64,000 nucleotides of DNA from the NCBI GenBank assembly GCA_951406725.2, contig OX597823.1, forward strand, positions 85,250,001 through 85,314,000, written 5' to 3'. Below, one piece after another: positions 1-14,468 of this stretch (position 1 is the first letter of the stretch; every line of letters starts with the position of its first letter). The stretch comes from Octopus vulgaris (Eukaryota). Position numbers and translations under genes: made by a program. A model generated the notes under the pieces. The model saw only the letters and a program-made list of their open reading frames with translations. It had not been told where the DNA came from and ran no database searches.

Positions 1-220
1 CAAAATATCGTTCAAATTATTTCACATGATAACTATGGCACTTTCTGTTTATTTCTCTATAACTTCCACTGGTTCCAAAATTTCATGTCAGTCAAAACTT
101 TTTGATCTTTTTTTTTTGTGAAGATTTCATTGGACTGAGGTAACTCCTCCAGAAGTTATAGAGAAATAAACAGAAGAATGCCATAGTTGTCATGTGAAAT
201 TAGTTGAACGATATTATAGA

Positions 221-680
221 GAAATAATAGATGGGTTACAGCAAATATTCTGCTCAATACCACAAATTTGCTTGTCAGTGGCTTGGCCATAACCGGTTGA
301 GCATCTCCATTTATGTCTGACAATATGTCATCCCAGACTACGAGTAGAAGTAGCGGGTGCATCATAGTCATGTGTTGAGAGGAATTCCTTGGGGTTTGAA
401 TAATTTTCCTCTGGGAACATGGTTGTTTCGTTCAACATCCTTAAACGAACCTTATTCAGGGTCTTTTTCATTAGAAAGCGCTACTAACGAGAATTCTAAC
501 TGTTTCCCACCTGGAAGGTCATGAACTGTTCTCTTCCATATGAGATCACAATATCGCGCAATGCATATGCCCCGTGTACGCTTATTAGACGGGTAATGAT
601 GATAGTTATATTTGATCTCATATATTCTAAACCAGTGCCACTTTGATGAAAGGCACTGCCCTTTAACTCAGTAATAATAG
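221..680 (+). repeat. ~500-bp interspersed non-coding repeat ending in an (AAT)-rich tail; copy 1, diverged
   Basis: Aligns by eye to the reverse complement of 6115-6660, e.g. acagcaaatattctgctcaataccaca and ttcaacatcctta. Confidence 0.8.
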
Positions 681-719
681 TGGTAATACTAACATCAACA
701 ATAACAACAACAATAATGA

Positions 720-1335
720 TTTCATTTATTTGCCGCAAAGGTCGAAGGATGAGGAGCACAATACAAAGACAGACATAAAGTGTGAGAGTTACGTTTAATG
801 AAATGATTAAAAAAAAGGGATACAGGAAAGAAATAATGTATACACGGTATTCATTGAAAAAGGAAGGGACATATGCATAGCATACAAAGGTTGAAAAATA
901 GTGATTGGGATGATGATAGAGATGTGACCCTCCTGATATAGTAAGGCTTCTCGGGATAAACGAGGAACTACACTGTCCGAGACCTCCCTGAAGCCCTAAC
1001 AGCAAGTGCCCTTTCTAATTCCTTCTTTCCGACTCACAAGTCTACACTTAGAGAGGTTCCTTCTACTCTTGTTATTTTCGTAACTTGCACCCACCTTTCA
1101 ATAAACCCACCCGAGGACAGTATTTTTCGCTCCACTCTCAATTTCCTTTTCAACTGAAATTTGAAAAAGTCAATGAGAATTCTACCAAAGAGGGATGTAT
1201 CTGTCCTCATGCCTTTCAGCCTTGCCCATCAAACACGCTCTTTCGTCACAGCCACCAGGCAAAGGAAAACTACCTTGCCTGCCCGATAAAAGGTGGGCGG
1301 CGTTGCGATCACAATTACCATATTGGCGGCGCAAG
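720..1335 (-). mobile_element. Tx1/L1-clade non-LTR retrotransposon 3' end (ORF2 C-terminus plus 3' UTR), decayed
   Basis: Minus frame reads AGKVVFLCLVAVTKERV*WARLKG...LIDFFKFQLKRKLRVER...FIERW, homologous to 12960-13213 (EVVWWTRLKE...FDFFKFHFEIKV...FAERW). Confidence 0.7.
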
Positions 1336-2040
1336 ACCAAGATATGGCCACGAACTGGAATGAGTAAATGTCTTTGGAATATGCAAATGTCTCTGCTGCG
1401 CCGCGTCTGTAGTAGCGTGAAAGAAACCATGGCTCATACCACAAACGAATGTCCTAGACTTGCCCCAAACTATTAGAAGTTGTGGTGACATGATCAGGAA
1501 GCAAACATTCTACATTGGAAACTGTGCGAAAAGTGGAGGCTAAAGAGAGGCAACACGTGGTATGCGTACAATCGGCAGAGAGCGGTAGAGTAGGAGACTA
1601 ACAAAATCCTCTGGGATTTCACAGTCCAAACAGATCAGGTGCTAGAGCATAACAGACCGAACCTAATGGTGGTTGACAAGACGCATGTGCTATATAGTTG
1701 ATGTTGCATGCCCCTTTGACACACGAATAGACAAGAAGGAAGGCGAAAAAATAGATAAATACAACCAAAGTACGAAATAGTCCGGCTATGGAAAATGAAG
1801 GTGAAGATAGTGCCAATTATTGTTGGTTCCTCGTGAACAGTATCGAAAGACATCAAGGAAATTGGAATAGGGTAACCAGTAGAACTGTTACAAAACGTTT
1901 GTCTTCTTAGCACGGCCGGAACAATCAGGAAAGTATTAACTGAAAATAACGGATAGCATGGTACCGTAGGCTGCAAGTAGCAAGACCGCTACGCATGCAA
2001 GTGTCCGGGAGTTCCAACAAAACCTGTGATAAAAAGAAAT
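1335..2040 (+). mobile_element. R4/Dong-type RLE non-LTR retrotransposon 3' fragment (CCHC knuckle plus restriction-like endonuclease), pseudogenised
   Basis: Reads RVC..KETMAH..ECPRLA, HDQ..ILHWKLCEKW, KILWDFTVQTD..EHNRP and IVPIIVGS, with stops and frameshifts. Ends in (TAA)n. Confidence 0.8.
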
Positions 2041-2053
2041 AACGATAATGATG

Positions 2054-2132
<79 letters not shown>

Positions 2133-2265
2133 CATGATGATAATAATAATAATATAACAACAACCACAACAACCACAACAACAATAATAATAATGATCAT
2201 AATAATAAAAATAAAAAAATAATAATGATAATAATAGCAATGATAATATTAGTGATAATAATATG
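2040..2265. repeat. (TAA)n microsatellite with CAA/GAT variants
   Basis: Seen directly. Confidence 0.95.
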
Positions 2266-3254
2266 CTTTATATGTAATGCAAATAGGAAGAGGCATAGAC
2301 TTCAAATTGATTCTTAGATAGAACATAATCAAGATAAAAACAGATTTAAAAGAAAATAGAAAAAAGTGAATAGAAACTAGTATATTTCACTACAAAGTAC
2401 TGAAGTAACTCTGTTTGAAGAAACTCTTGCGGTTGTGATAATTATTCAGTTATTTCGGATAACATCACTTGAGTTTATAGTATTTTTATTTGTCGTTTGT
2501 TTCCTATTGGCTGACATAGTGAAATCCTAGCAAGTGCTTATTATACAGAAATAAACATCTTCCTAATCCGCAGTGACATACAATAGCTTAAACTATATGG
2601 TCACAGTTAGACAAGGTGGAATGATACAAGAGTTCTCTAAGGTATAAAATGGACAGCAATTGAAAGTAAAAGTCGATTGGAAAATTTTGAAATAGTTCAA
2701 CTCTTTCGTCGAAATCTTGTAATACAAATCAGAGTTCAAAAAGTCATAAGCGTTTTAATTAAGATCGCTTAGGTTAAATAACTTGGTCGTCAAGTACTAT
2801 CAAAAATTCCACAGAGCTGGTGGTGAAAGCAACGACCCCTCGACCCATTCCCTCAACTCACATTTGATTAGATTTTACATTTGCCGTTGGAGTGATGACG
2901 CGATTATATAACCCGATTAGAATAAATATTCATAATTTAAGAATAATGAGAATATTAGCAGAGGGATAAGAGAGAAATTAATAACATTACAGTAGTATTA
3001 ATATTAGTATTAGTAGTAGTCGCGGCAGCAGCAGTAGTAGTTTGTAGTATTGTAGTTAAGATGGCGATGAATAATTTCTGAGCAATAAACCAAATGTTAA
3101 TTATTTGTGTTATCAATCATATATACAGCAATATGAAGAGTTGTGTGAACACAGCAGTCTACACAGATTTACTTTGTTGGACGCACAGAGTAATATATAT
3201 GTGTAATTATACATATATGAACATGTTCCCTTTCAGTGTATTTCTTTCCATATA

Positions 3255-3311
<57 letters not shown>

Positions 3312-3519
3312 AATATATATACACACGTATATTCAAACATAAGTATATGTATAAATACATATACATATCTATGTATATATACATGTATATACATACATGC
3401 GTATATATATATATATATATATATATACATACATGTACATGTATGCGTATATATATGTATATGCACGTAAGAGAAAGTCTGCTTGTGTATGTGTGCGTGT
3501 GTGTATGAGTACATGTATA

Positions 3520-3581
<62 letters not shown>

Positions 3582-3734
3582 TGTGTGTGTATGTGTGTGT
3601 GAAAAGCATCACAGCATTGTATTTGAGACATCATTAATATTTGAACATCTGCTTTTATCACGCTATACATTTGACATAAATAAATAAGTATATTTTCAAG
3701 CAAATGGTAAAAATCTATAATAATTTTTTCTGAT

Positions 3735-3875
3735 TTAGGCACTGGGCCAGCAGTACTTGCATGAGACGTTAATCGATTACATCGACCCCCAGTACTTGAC
3801 TGTTACTTTAGTTCATCGATCGCAACAGGATAAAAATGGATATTGACCTCATTTGAATTTGAGCCCAAAACGTGA
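3735..3875 (-). mobile_element. Decayed fragment of SINE family B
   Basis: taatcgattacatcgacccccagt matches the reverse complement of the family B body. Confidence 0.6.
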
Positions 3876-3892
3876 AAAAAAAAACAATACTA

Positions 3893-4703
3893 TTTTACTC
3901 TTTTACTTGTTTCAGTCATTTCACTGTGGCCATGCTGGAGCGCTGCCTTTAGTCGAGCAAATCGACCGTAGCATTTAGTCTTTGTAAGCTTAGTTCTTAT
4001 TCTATCGGTGTATTTTTCCGAACCACTAAGTTACTGGGACGTAAACACACCAGCATCGGTTGTCAAGTGATGTTGGGTGCGGCAAAACACAGACACACAA
4101 ACACACACACACACACACATAAACACACACAGAAACACACACACACATATATATATACTAGCAGTATCGCCCGGCGTTGCTCAGGTTTGTAAGGGAAATA
4201 ACTATAAAGCATTTTTAGAGAGTTATAGCCAAAAAATAGAAAAAAATGGAAAACAAATGATGGTAAATTTTTTTTTGAGAGTTAAAAAAGGTGGAGTTGC
4301 GTCCCCTAGACGGTCTGTGGTTTGGATTTCTGATTCTCGACCCCATGTCGAATTTATCGATTTTTTTCAGAACTGGGGGAACTTTTCAAAATTTTCGCTG
4401 CGTTAGTTTTGAATTATGACATTGGGCTATGTGTGTGTCAAGTTTCATCAGAATCGGTTGAAAGCCGTGGTCAGAGTGAGGGTACGAGAAAACAGACACA
4501 CAGAAAACGCACAGACAAACTGCCGTTTATATAGAGAGAGATATATACGACGGGCTTCTTTCAGTTTCCGTCTACCAAATCCAATGACAAGACCTTGGTC
4601 GGCCCGAGGCTATAGTAGAAGTCACTTGCCCAAGATGCTGCGCATTGGGACTGAACCGAGAACCATGAGGTTCGGAAGCAAGCTACTTACCACACAACCA
4701 CTC
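3893..4703 (-). mobile_element. tRNA-derived CORE-type SINE (family A, octopus OR-like), interrupted by a Helitron
   Basis: Reverse complement has a tRNA-like head, cttgggcaagtg CORE-like motif, internal (CA)/(TA) tract and ...gactgaaacaagtaaaagagtaaaa-type tail. Matches 41380-41767 and 53311-53736. Confidence 0.85.
4158..4541 (-). mobile_element. Non-autonomous Helitron-like element, copy 1
   Basis: On the minus strand it starts A|TCTCTCTCTATATAAACGGCAGTTTGTCTG and ends with a GC-rich hairpin-like segment then CTAG|T. Homologous to 11829-12247. Confidence 0.8.
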
Positions 4704-4799
4704 ATACCAATAACATGCCGAATATATATAAAATATAGAATTTTCTTCGATGTTTTAACGGTCACCTTAACGACACCTCGATCACCTCGACGACAGAGA

Positions 4800-4851
4800 C
4801 GATGATGACGATGGTGGTCGTGGTGATGGTAGTAGTGGTGAGGAAGGTGGA

Positions 4852-4929
<78 letters not shown>

Positions 4930-5066
4930 AACGATGGCGCTAACGCTGATGATGATGACAAGGCTGGTTTTGTTGTTGTTAGTTGTTGGTGGTGATGATA
5001 CTGCTGCTGCAGCTAATGTTTGTGCTGCTATTGATGATGATGACGACGATGGTGATGATGATGATG
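4800..5066. repeat. (GAT)n microsatellite with GGT/GTT/GCT variants
   Basis: Seen directly. Explains the poly-M ORF 4802-5092. Confidence 0.95.
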
Positions 5067-5319
5067 AGAAGGAGAAGGTGGAAGACCGCTGATGGTAACA
5101 AGGAGGATAATAAGGATAATGGATATAATAACAGCAATTCAGCGCAAGGTCAGCAATTTTAAAGAACCTTGAGATTCGAAAAGCAAAATCCTCCCCAACA
5201 AGATCTAAATTCAGGAAGTCGAGAGATACAACATTTACGGCAGGGTGTTTTCTCCGACACTAACGATTCTACAAAATTTATTATCAATATTATTATTATT
5301 TTTATTATTATTATTTTAT

Positions 5320-6105
5320 GTTTGACTTTTGCTTTACATTTGTATAAGTTGGCTCCAAGTCTCACCCAGAGACCTCAAGAGACAACAATTTGGAAGTTCC
5401 TGTTGGTGTTGAAACCATAAGAAATTTTATGTTTGTTTTAAAACTTGAGATTACATAGAAAGTATTTTGTGTAGGATATGGGCAGTTCCCATGAACACTA
5501 TCTTTTGAATTTCAGCCACTTTGGGGTTTCCTGGTATCTGAGCTACGTAGCAATCAGTCCCTTTTGCTATCATTCCCAGGGCACTTATGGCAACAGGTAT
5601 TGTTTTAGTCTTCAACTTTCACATTTTGCTAAATTCTCTTTCAAGATCTTTATATTTGCTCAGCTGTTGGTAGGTCTTGACAGATACGTTTATATCGATT
5701 GGGACAGTCATATCAATGAGGAGGCATGATTTTTGTCTGGATCTTTGAATATGATGTCTGGCCTATTTGCATCTATCCTTCTGTCAGTTTGAATGGTGAA
5801 GTTCCAGAGGAGTGAGATGTGATTATTTTCAAGCACTGGAGGTGGTTTGTGTTACCACCAGTTTTTATCATGGGGTAAGTCCAGGTTTTTTCAAATTACC
5901 CAGTGAATATATTGTGCAGCTCTATCATACCTGTTGAGACACTCTGTACGCGCTAGAAGACTGCACTTGGAGACAACATGATCAATAGATTCATTTTGAT
6001 GTTGACATACACAACACGTTGGGAAGCTACCGTTCTTTAATATATTGGCCTGGTAGTTCCTTGTAGGTAGGCATTAATATTGGGCTGCTATGATAAACCC
6101 TTCTG
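5320..6105 (-). mobile_element. R4/Dong-type RLE retrotransposon 3' fragment, pseudogenised
   Basis: Reads EGFIIAAQ..LPTRNYQ..CCVCQHQNESIDHVVSKC..YIHW..LLWNFTIQTDRRIDANRPDII. Flanked by (TTA)n. Confidence 0.85.
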
Positions 6106-6114
6106 ATTATTATT

Positions 6115-6660
6115 TTTTTTATTGAGTGAGAGAGCAGTGCATGCCATCAAAGTGAAACTGAGGTAAAATATACGAAGCCCAGTATACCCATCATGACTAC
6201 CCTTCTGATAAGGGTACACCAGGCACATGCATCACAACCATATGTGCGCGACATGGCGATTTCATCTCAAGATAAACAGTGCATGACCTTTTAGTTGGGG
6301 CCCAGTTAGAAATGTCTGGTTGAGTAACCCATTCCACTCAAAAGGTCCCTGAATACGTATTGCTTAAGGATGTTGAACAAACCACCCATGTTTCCAGGGG
6401 TGAATTATCCAAACCTCCAAGAACTCCTTTCAACACATGGCTATGATGCTCCCCCACTGCTTCTGCTCAAGATCAGAGATGCACATATCGTCAGCCACTA
6501 AGGGACATGGTCAATTGGTCATGGTCAAACAACTGACAAGCAAATCTGTGGTATTGAGCAGAATATTTGCTGTAGCCTATCTTTTATACGAAGACAAAGC
6601 AATGTACATGATAACACGTCCAATCAGTTAAGATCGGGAGCCATGTGAGCAACTGTCTGG
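6115..6660 (-). repeat. ~540-bp interspersed repeat, copy 2 of 221-680, between (TTA)n tracts
   Basis: Homology to 221-680. Both ends abut TTA-rich repeats. Confidence 0.8.
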
Positions 6661-6689
6661 TTTATTATCATTTATTATTATTATTATTA

Positions 6690-7936
<1,247 letters not shown>

Positions 7937-9304
7937 AGGAAAAGCATTATTGTCCTCAATGGTTACATTGAGCCAGCCAGGAGCTGCACCTATCGTGTTT
8001 GCAGAGTGCAAGGCAACAGCATCAGCTTTCAGAGGAGAAGCCCAGCTAGTTTACAAGTTGTAATTAGAAAAATCACATAAAGATTTCGTGCTTCGAAGTG
8101 CAAGTAAATAATTGGATTTAAAAAAATGTTAGAATAGTTGAAAATGGAGAGAAAGAACAAATGAAGGACCTAGATAATTCAATTTCCAGAAATATTGTAA
8201 ATCTACTTCAATGAATGCCCCAATACCCCAATATATTTCCGCGTTTATATTAACATCAGCTAAGGGAAACGACGACAAGCGATGTATGTGTCCCTCCTAA
8301 TAATCCAAGCTGGTCGTCTTCTGATAACGAGCTCTGAATGGAGAACTAATGGGAATCGCAAGCTGTAGGTAATTTCTATGGACAAGTTACGGGTTACGGC
8401 AGGAAACCCCGTGAAATGTTAGATGTGTGCGCTTCATGCCGAGAGAAATATAAAAGCTATAATTCTTGGTCATAATTATCTCTTTCTGTAATAGTATATG
8501 TCTATATTTGTGTCTTTACGTATAGTTCTTTTTAGGTGCAAGCATTTCTGTACGCACAATATTCTGTGTGTTTTTGAGTGAGCGTGTGCGACTATTCAAT
8601 AATTTTGCATATATACAAGCATATACAAGCGCACGCGCACACACACACACACATAATTTTTTTAAATGCACTGAGAAGCAAAACTCGTTAGTACAAGTTA
8701 AGGGCGTGGTATATCGATTCTACCCACAAACCCCTCTCAGTCGAGGACGGAGCATGCTCAAAACTCTCGCTTATTGAGTGCAATATACAGAAGAAGATCC
8801 TTAAAATCGTAAACGGTTGGTATTTATGCATTATAAAATGTACGTGTGTTTCGTTAACCAGCAGAACATCAATTATATCAGTATAAGTCCCAGTTACATA
8901 AGCAAATGCCGGCGGCCCCGTTCATCGGCGTTATTCCATAGAAAGCATTGCATAAAAAACAAGGCATGGGTCATTGTGAATCTTTACTTTTCACCATCCA
9001 ATTACTCTTCTCTCTCATGCTCTCTTCCCCTTTCAAATCCCACTCCGTTTATTCTATTATCGTATGAATGTAAATGTTCTTATTTACCTGTTGGTGTCTA
9101 TGAAGGCCCCCATTTTTTTCTGTTGTATTTTTGCCGTGTAATAATGACAAAAGGGGCCAGGGTAATTTCTTCGCATTTTTTTCTGGGTCTTATGTAATAC
9201 GTACACATTCTATAAGGCATTAATGCCGAATACATATTTCTGTGCTCCTGTCTACCTATTATCCATCTAAATATATAAGGAAAGAAATTGTATTTCATAT
9301 TCGA

Positions 9305-9385
9305 GGCTCTGATGAAGCTACAAGGTTTTATGCAAGAGCTACTTTCTAAGTCTACTGCAAATTATAACAGAAACAGCTGTAAGCT
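9305..9385 (+). ncRNA. Type I hammerhead ribozyme-like motif (PLE type), weak stem II
   Basis: ggct-CTGATGA-a...-GAAAC-agct-GTA-agct, followed by AATAAA. Confidence 0.6.
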
Positions 9386-9476
9386 AATAAAGTTCCTAAG
9401 ATGATCGCTTAATCATTTCTCATCTCATTTTCTTATATATGCATGTACTAGCTCGTCGGGCTCAGGACACTGAATG

Positions 9477-9507
<31 letters not shown>

Positions 9508-9770
9508 TGTATGTATGTATGTATGTATGTATGTATGTATGTATGTATCTATCTATCTATCTATCTATATCTCTCTCTAACTCTCTCGCTATCTATCTCT
9601 CTCTATATATATCATTGTATGGAAGTATAAACAAAAAGAATGAGACCTCAATATATCAAATATAGAGGCTACTTTAATTATTACAATAACAGAATATACA
9701 GTAAATTGTAGTAAAATGGTACTCCGAGTTTCAGAAGATATATATATATATGTGTAGGTCGGTGTGGGTG

Positions 9771-9822
<52 letters not shown>

Positions 9823-10015
9823 GCCATACATAATCCTACACACACAGATACCTTTCTTATGTCTTGATATTTCACGCATTGGTTGTTTACTCTCCAACCA
9901 TTACTTTGCATATTCTAAGCATGATACTTTGTTACGGATAACATCGCTAACGGTCTATATCAGCTGTTTCGATCCTGGGCTTTGCGGAGCCCTGATGGTC
10001 TGCAAAGTTAGTACT

Positions 10016-10079
<64 letters not shown>

Positions 10080-10155
10080 ACACATATATATACATATACA
10101 CATACACATATATACATACATACATACATACATATATACATACATACATATATAT

Positions 10156-10221
<66 letters not shown>

Positions 10222-10275
10222 TAACGGCGGTGCATCAGAATGGCCGAAGCTCTGAGCGGAAATTAGAGAGAAAAA

Positions 10276-10339
<64 letters not shown>

Positions 10340-10375
10340 ATAGATATATTAAAAGGGGGCTGTGGGAAATAGAAA

Positions 10376-10403
10376 GGTTGGTAACCAGTGTTGGGAACCA
10401 CTG
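10376..10403 (-). mobile_element. Possible hAT (Charlie-like) MITE terminus
   Basis: Minus strand reads CAGTGGTTCCCAAC, a typical hAT TIR start. No partner end was found. Confidence 0.3.
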
Positions 10404-10914
10404 TAAAAAGATTGGGAATGACTGGTCTTCATATGATTATATATATGGTCAGATATATATATGTGTGTGTGTATTTATGAGTTTGTACGCGTATCGGTCC
10501 TTGTACAGCTTATACGGATGTAGCATATTTATTTACCTATGAATTCATATGCCCTTTAGTAATCTTATTATTTCTGGAATATAGAATTCTGTATCTTAGA
10601 AATATGTTCAATTAAGATCCTAATTATCTCATCACTGCTAAAGTTAAGTTATTACATTGGAATAACTACTGCTAACAGCCTTTTCTCTGTTCTCTGATGT
10701 AATTACTCTTTGAAACGTTTCATGAATATTCATCAGTTATTAACTTTGCATACAAATATCTTCGACCTGTTTATTACGCCAGAAAATGTAAGTTTAATCG
10801 AGGAGTTCACGTTTCTAATCTCGCAAGTTATTTTAATAGAATAATTCCGGATTACAGATGTGCATGGTAAAACCTTTGTTGTTAGTTATAAAAAGGAAAT
10901 TCAACGAAATCGTA

Positions 10915-11144
10915 TTTTTTTATTGCCCACAAGGGGCTAAACCTAGAGGGGATAAACAAGGAAAAACACAGGGATTAAGTCGACTATATCAACCCCAGTG
11001 TGTAACTGGTACTTAATTTATCGATCCCGAAAGGATGAAAGGCAAAGTCTACCTCGACGGAATTTGAACTCAAAAGATAATGGCCGACGAAATACGGATA
11101 TGCATTTCGCCCAGCGTGCTAACGTTTCTGCCAGCTCACCGCCC
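10915..11144 (-). mobile_element. tRNA-derived SINE family B (central gcctttcatcctttcggggtcgataa domain, Meta/MESC-like)
   Basis: Reverse complement of the head ggcggtgagctggcagaaacgttagcacg, B-box-like gagttcaaattcc and the central domain. Confidence 0.85.
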
Positions 11145-11828
11145 TAATGCAACGAAATCTTATTGCCAAAAACGTTCATCCACGGAATTCCTATTTCTAC
11201 ACCTTTCACAGTTTTTCTTTGTTTTAAAAATGAATACACTTTTACTCTGCCTATCTCTGAACCTCTTTCTCTTTCTTTCCTTTTTCTTTCTTCCATCATC
11301 TCTCTCTTTACATAAGCAAGAGCAAGCGGAAACAAAAAGTCGCATTATTTTTTCTGAGCGAAAAAAGTGAGACAAGTTTAAACACTAAGTGATTTATTCA
11401 TTCAATGTTATAGCTAGAGGTTCGATCTTTGGGCAAACCCAGTATTATCTATTTCTACAAATTGCCTCGTCTTTCGAGTAGGGGGAGCACAATGCTGCGA
11501 AAAAGTTTCAGATGCCAAAGTGGCAAACATGCTGAACCACTGAGTGGTTTACTTATTGCCCTGAATGGCTTAACTGTCCCACAAGTATTTTTTCCTGGGC
11601 TTGCCAGATTTATTCGTCCCGGCCTTTCACTTTTCTAAGACTTTGTTTTCCCCCCAATCAAATCAGTATTACAATTTTTCATACTGTCATTAACTGTGTT
11701 CTCCATATTTTTATCGAAACATGCTCATTATTTTCCTTATCCAACTGTGCGGTAACATAATCTAACCCTGCTATATTCATTCATGTCGATTTGCGTCTAC
11801 AATTGTTAATTATCCTTTTATCAACTAA

Positions 11829-12247
11829 CTAGCAGCATAGCCCGACATTGCCCGGGTATGTAAGAGCCCCTAGTAGGCAACGACTAATCCCAATCTAGTC
11901 CTTTCCCTCTAGGGAACGAAGGCGCAATGTCTTCTCTTCACTCGAATACTTCTGTGTATACGATGTTCCTAGCTGTCCTTTTGGGCGATAAAAAGGTCGA
12001 GTTGTGTCCCCTAGACAGAAAATGTGTTGCATATAAAAAGCTTAGATTTTCGACCCCATGTCGAATTTATAGATTTTTTTCAGAACTGGGGAAACTTTTC
12101 AAACTTTTAGATGCGTTAGTTTTGAATTATGACATTGGGCTATGTGTGTGTCAAGTTTCATCAGAATCGGTCGAAAGCCGTGGTCAGGGTGAGGGTACAA
12201 CCTGACAGACACACAGACAGACAAACTGCCGTTTATATATATAGAGA
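11829..12247 (-). mobile_element. Non-autonomous Helitron-like element, copy 2
   Basis: Minus strand starts TCTCTATATATATAAACGGCAG and ends cccgggcaatgtcggg..gCTAG. Shares ~250 bp with copy 1. Confidence 0.8.
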
Positions 12248-12254
12248 TAAGAGG

Positions 12255-13400
12255 CCTTTTCTTGCTCTGCTACGTGCTTGATCAAGCTGGAGTGCTTACT
12301 CTTCCAATTTCTTTGGAAAGGATGTGTTCCGCCCGTCTGACGGTCCATCTGCTGTCAACAGCTGCTGAGGGGAGGATTGGCATGTGGGAGCTGATGATGT
12401 GCGGAAACACACTGAGGCTGCGGCATCTCCAGCGTTGTCTCAACGGTGAGGGGGTGTGGTCGCTGTTTGTCAGACAGGATTTTCCGCAGCTCGTCTCATT
12501 GACGGAGCTACAGTCCTGGATCAAGAATACACCAAGAAAGTGCAGTTGGCACTTAGAGTATCGTTAAGCGCTCACAACTTTCTGTTACTCGGGAAAGCGG
12601 TCAGTAGAGGTTCCCCTATGGAGTTCTACAGGGGATTAGTGACGGGCAAGAACGACGACGTTCTTGGAGTAATTTTGTGCGCGTTGAATGGATCAATTAG
12701 CTGGTCTTTTTCGGAGGATATACATGCCGGAGGCTATAGATAACTTCCAGAAACCCCAGGCCTAGGAATGCTACCAAGGAGCTCTGCCCGTTCAAGGCAA
12801 GTTCTTCAAACACGGAAGTTCTGTCAGTCAGACCTGTCAGTGGTGCGCACAGGGCGACGAAACCGTCCTGCGGGCACTCGTCCAATGTCCTGCTATTTCT
12901 AACTTCTGGAGCTTTGTTGAACAGCTGTTGACGCGTGTAGGACGGATCGTCTTCTTTTGGTTGGGAAGGAAATACAGTTTTCTTCTGTCTGGTGGCTATG
13001 GCGATGGAGGTAGTGTGGTGGACGAGATTGAAAGAACTAAATACAGATACTGTTCTCTTCGACAAAGCCCTCTTCGACTTTTTTAAGTTCCACTTTGAAA
13101 TAAAAGTGAGTGGGGAGAAGGAAGATCTGCCCCTCAATATTTTTGCTGAAAGGTGGGCATATGTGGCGAGGATGGCCCGTGTGAATGGGCCTACTCTGAA
13201 AATTCGCTTGTAAATCGTAGCAGTTAAGGAGAGAGAAGCACCTCAGCAGTTGCACCTAACGGTCGGGGTCACCAGAATGTGTGGAGTTCCTCGGTTGACC
13301 TTGTAAAGAATTCCCTACTTTTAGGGAAATTTATACCGTAATTTTATTTTTAATTGTTATTAATTGTGTACACGCCATTGCGCAAAACCGTACATGACCC
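12255..13400 (+). mobile_element. Tx1/L1-clade LINE 3' fragment (post-RT region, zinc knuckle, C-terminus), frameshifted
   Basis: LFQFLWKG, LRLRHLQR..VWSLFVR, ALPVQG..CQWCAQGDETVLRALVQCP and EVVWWTRLK..ERW. GC-richer than the flanks. Confidence 0.75.
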
Positions 13401-13540
13401 TTGAACCGTATTTTACATAATATGCAATATAATTGTAATCGGACATTCTGGAAGATACCGACATTATCGAAATTGCAGTTGTAATAAGAAATCATTTAGG
13501 TCTGCCTACTTAATATCAGGATAATTTTTATACAACTATG

Positions 13541-13760
13541 ACAGGTGTGGCTGTGTGGAAAGAAGCTTTCTTTCCAACCACACATTTCTGGGTTTAGTCC
13601 CACTGCATCACTGCATGACAGTTTGGGCAAGTACTTTCTGCTATATCTCGAGCCAACAAAAAGCCTTGTGAGTGAATTTGGCTTATGGAAACTGAAAAAA
13701 GCGTGTCATATAACACACACACACACACACACACAACATATATATATATATATATATAAA

Positions 13761-13808
<48 letters not shown>

Positions 13809-14120
13809 TATACATATGTGTATGTGTGCTTGTGCGCGTGTGTGTCTTGTGCGCGTTGTGTGCGTCTGTGTTTGATTCACCTCTTATATATATAAATATA
13901 TCTATATATGTATATGTGTGTGTGAGTGTGCGCAAGTGTGTTTGCGTGTATGTGGGTATGTGTGGGAGCATGCCCGCGCGCCCCTTTATATCTATGCTTG
14001 CTCACCACAGCTTGATAACCGGTTTTGGTATGCTTAGTGGTTCGACAAAACGACTAATACAATAAGTACCAGGTTTTAAAAAATAAGTACACGGGGCGAT
14101 TCTTTAAAGTGGGATTCTAG
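13541..14120 (+). mobile_element. SINE family A, diverged, with expanded internal microsatellite
   Basis: gtggctgtgtgg head, ttgggcaagt, ccttgtgagtg..ggaaactgaaa and aataagtaccagg. Confidence 0.75.
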
Positions 14121-14299
14121 CAAAACTAGACTGGAACATGTACAAAGCAAAAATAAAAAATATATTATTTGATTAGGCATATAAAGGATATTAGAAATAA
14201 ACTGAAGGTTAGAAATAATACTTAACTGCATAATACACCTAGCGCCTTTTCAAATATTTTTCGACTGATTTTTTTTTTTTTTTTTGTTTCTCATTTCAG

Positions 14300-14468
14300 T
14301 TTCTATATTGTGTAGCACGCTAAGTCCAATTCTTTTGTCAGAAAATAACTTGCCACTGGAATTTCTACCCCGATCAATACTGTTCCCGCAGATTGTCGAT
14401 TTGCAATTGTTAAAGAATTTCAAATTCATCTGTCTGGCAGATTTTCGCAGTGGGATGGCGAATGTCAG
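14300..14468 (+). other. Candidate host exon (unverified)
   Basis: Long poly-T/pyrimidine tract and TTTCAG acceptor, 169 nt of non-repetitive sequence, then CAG|GTACAT donor. Confidence 0.25.
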
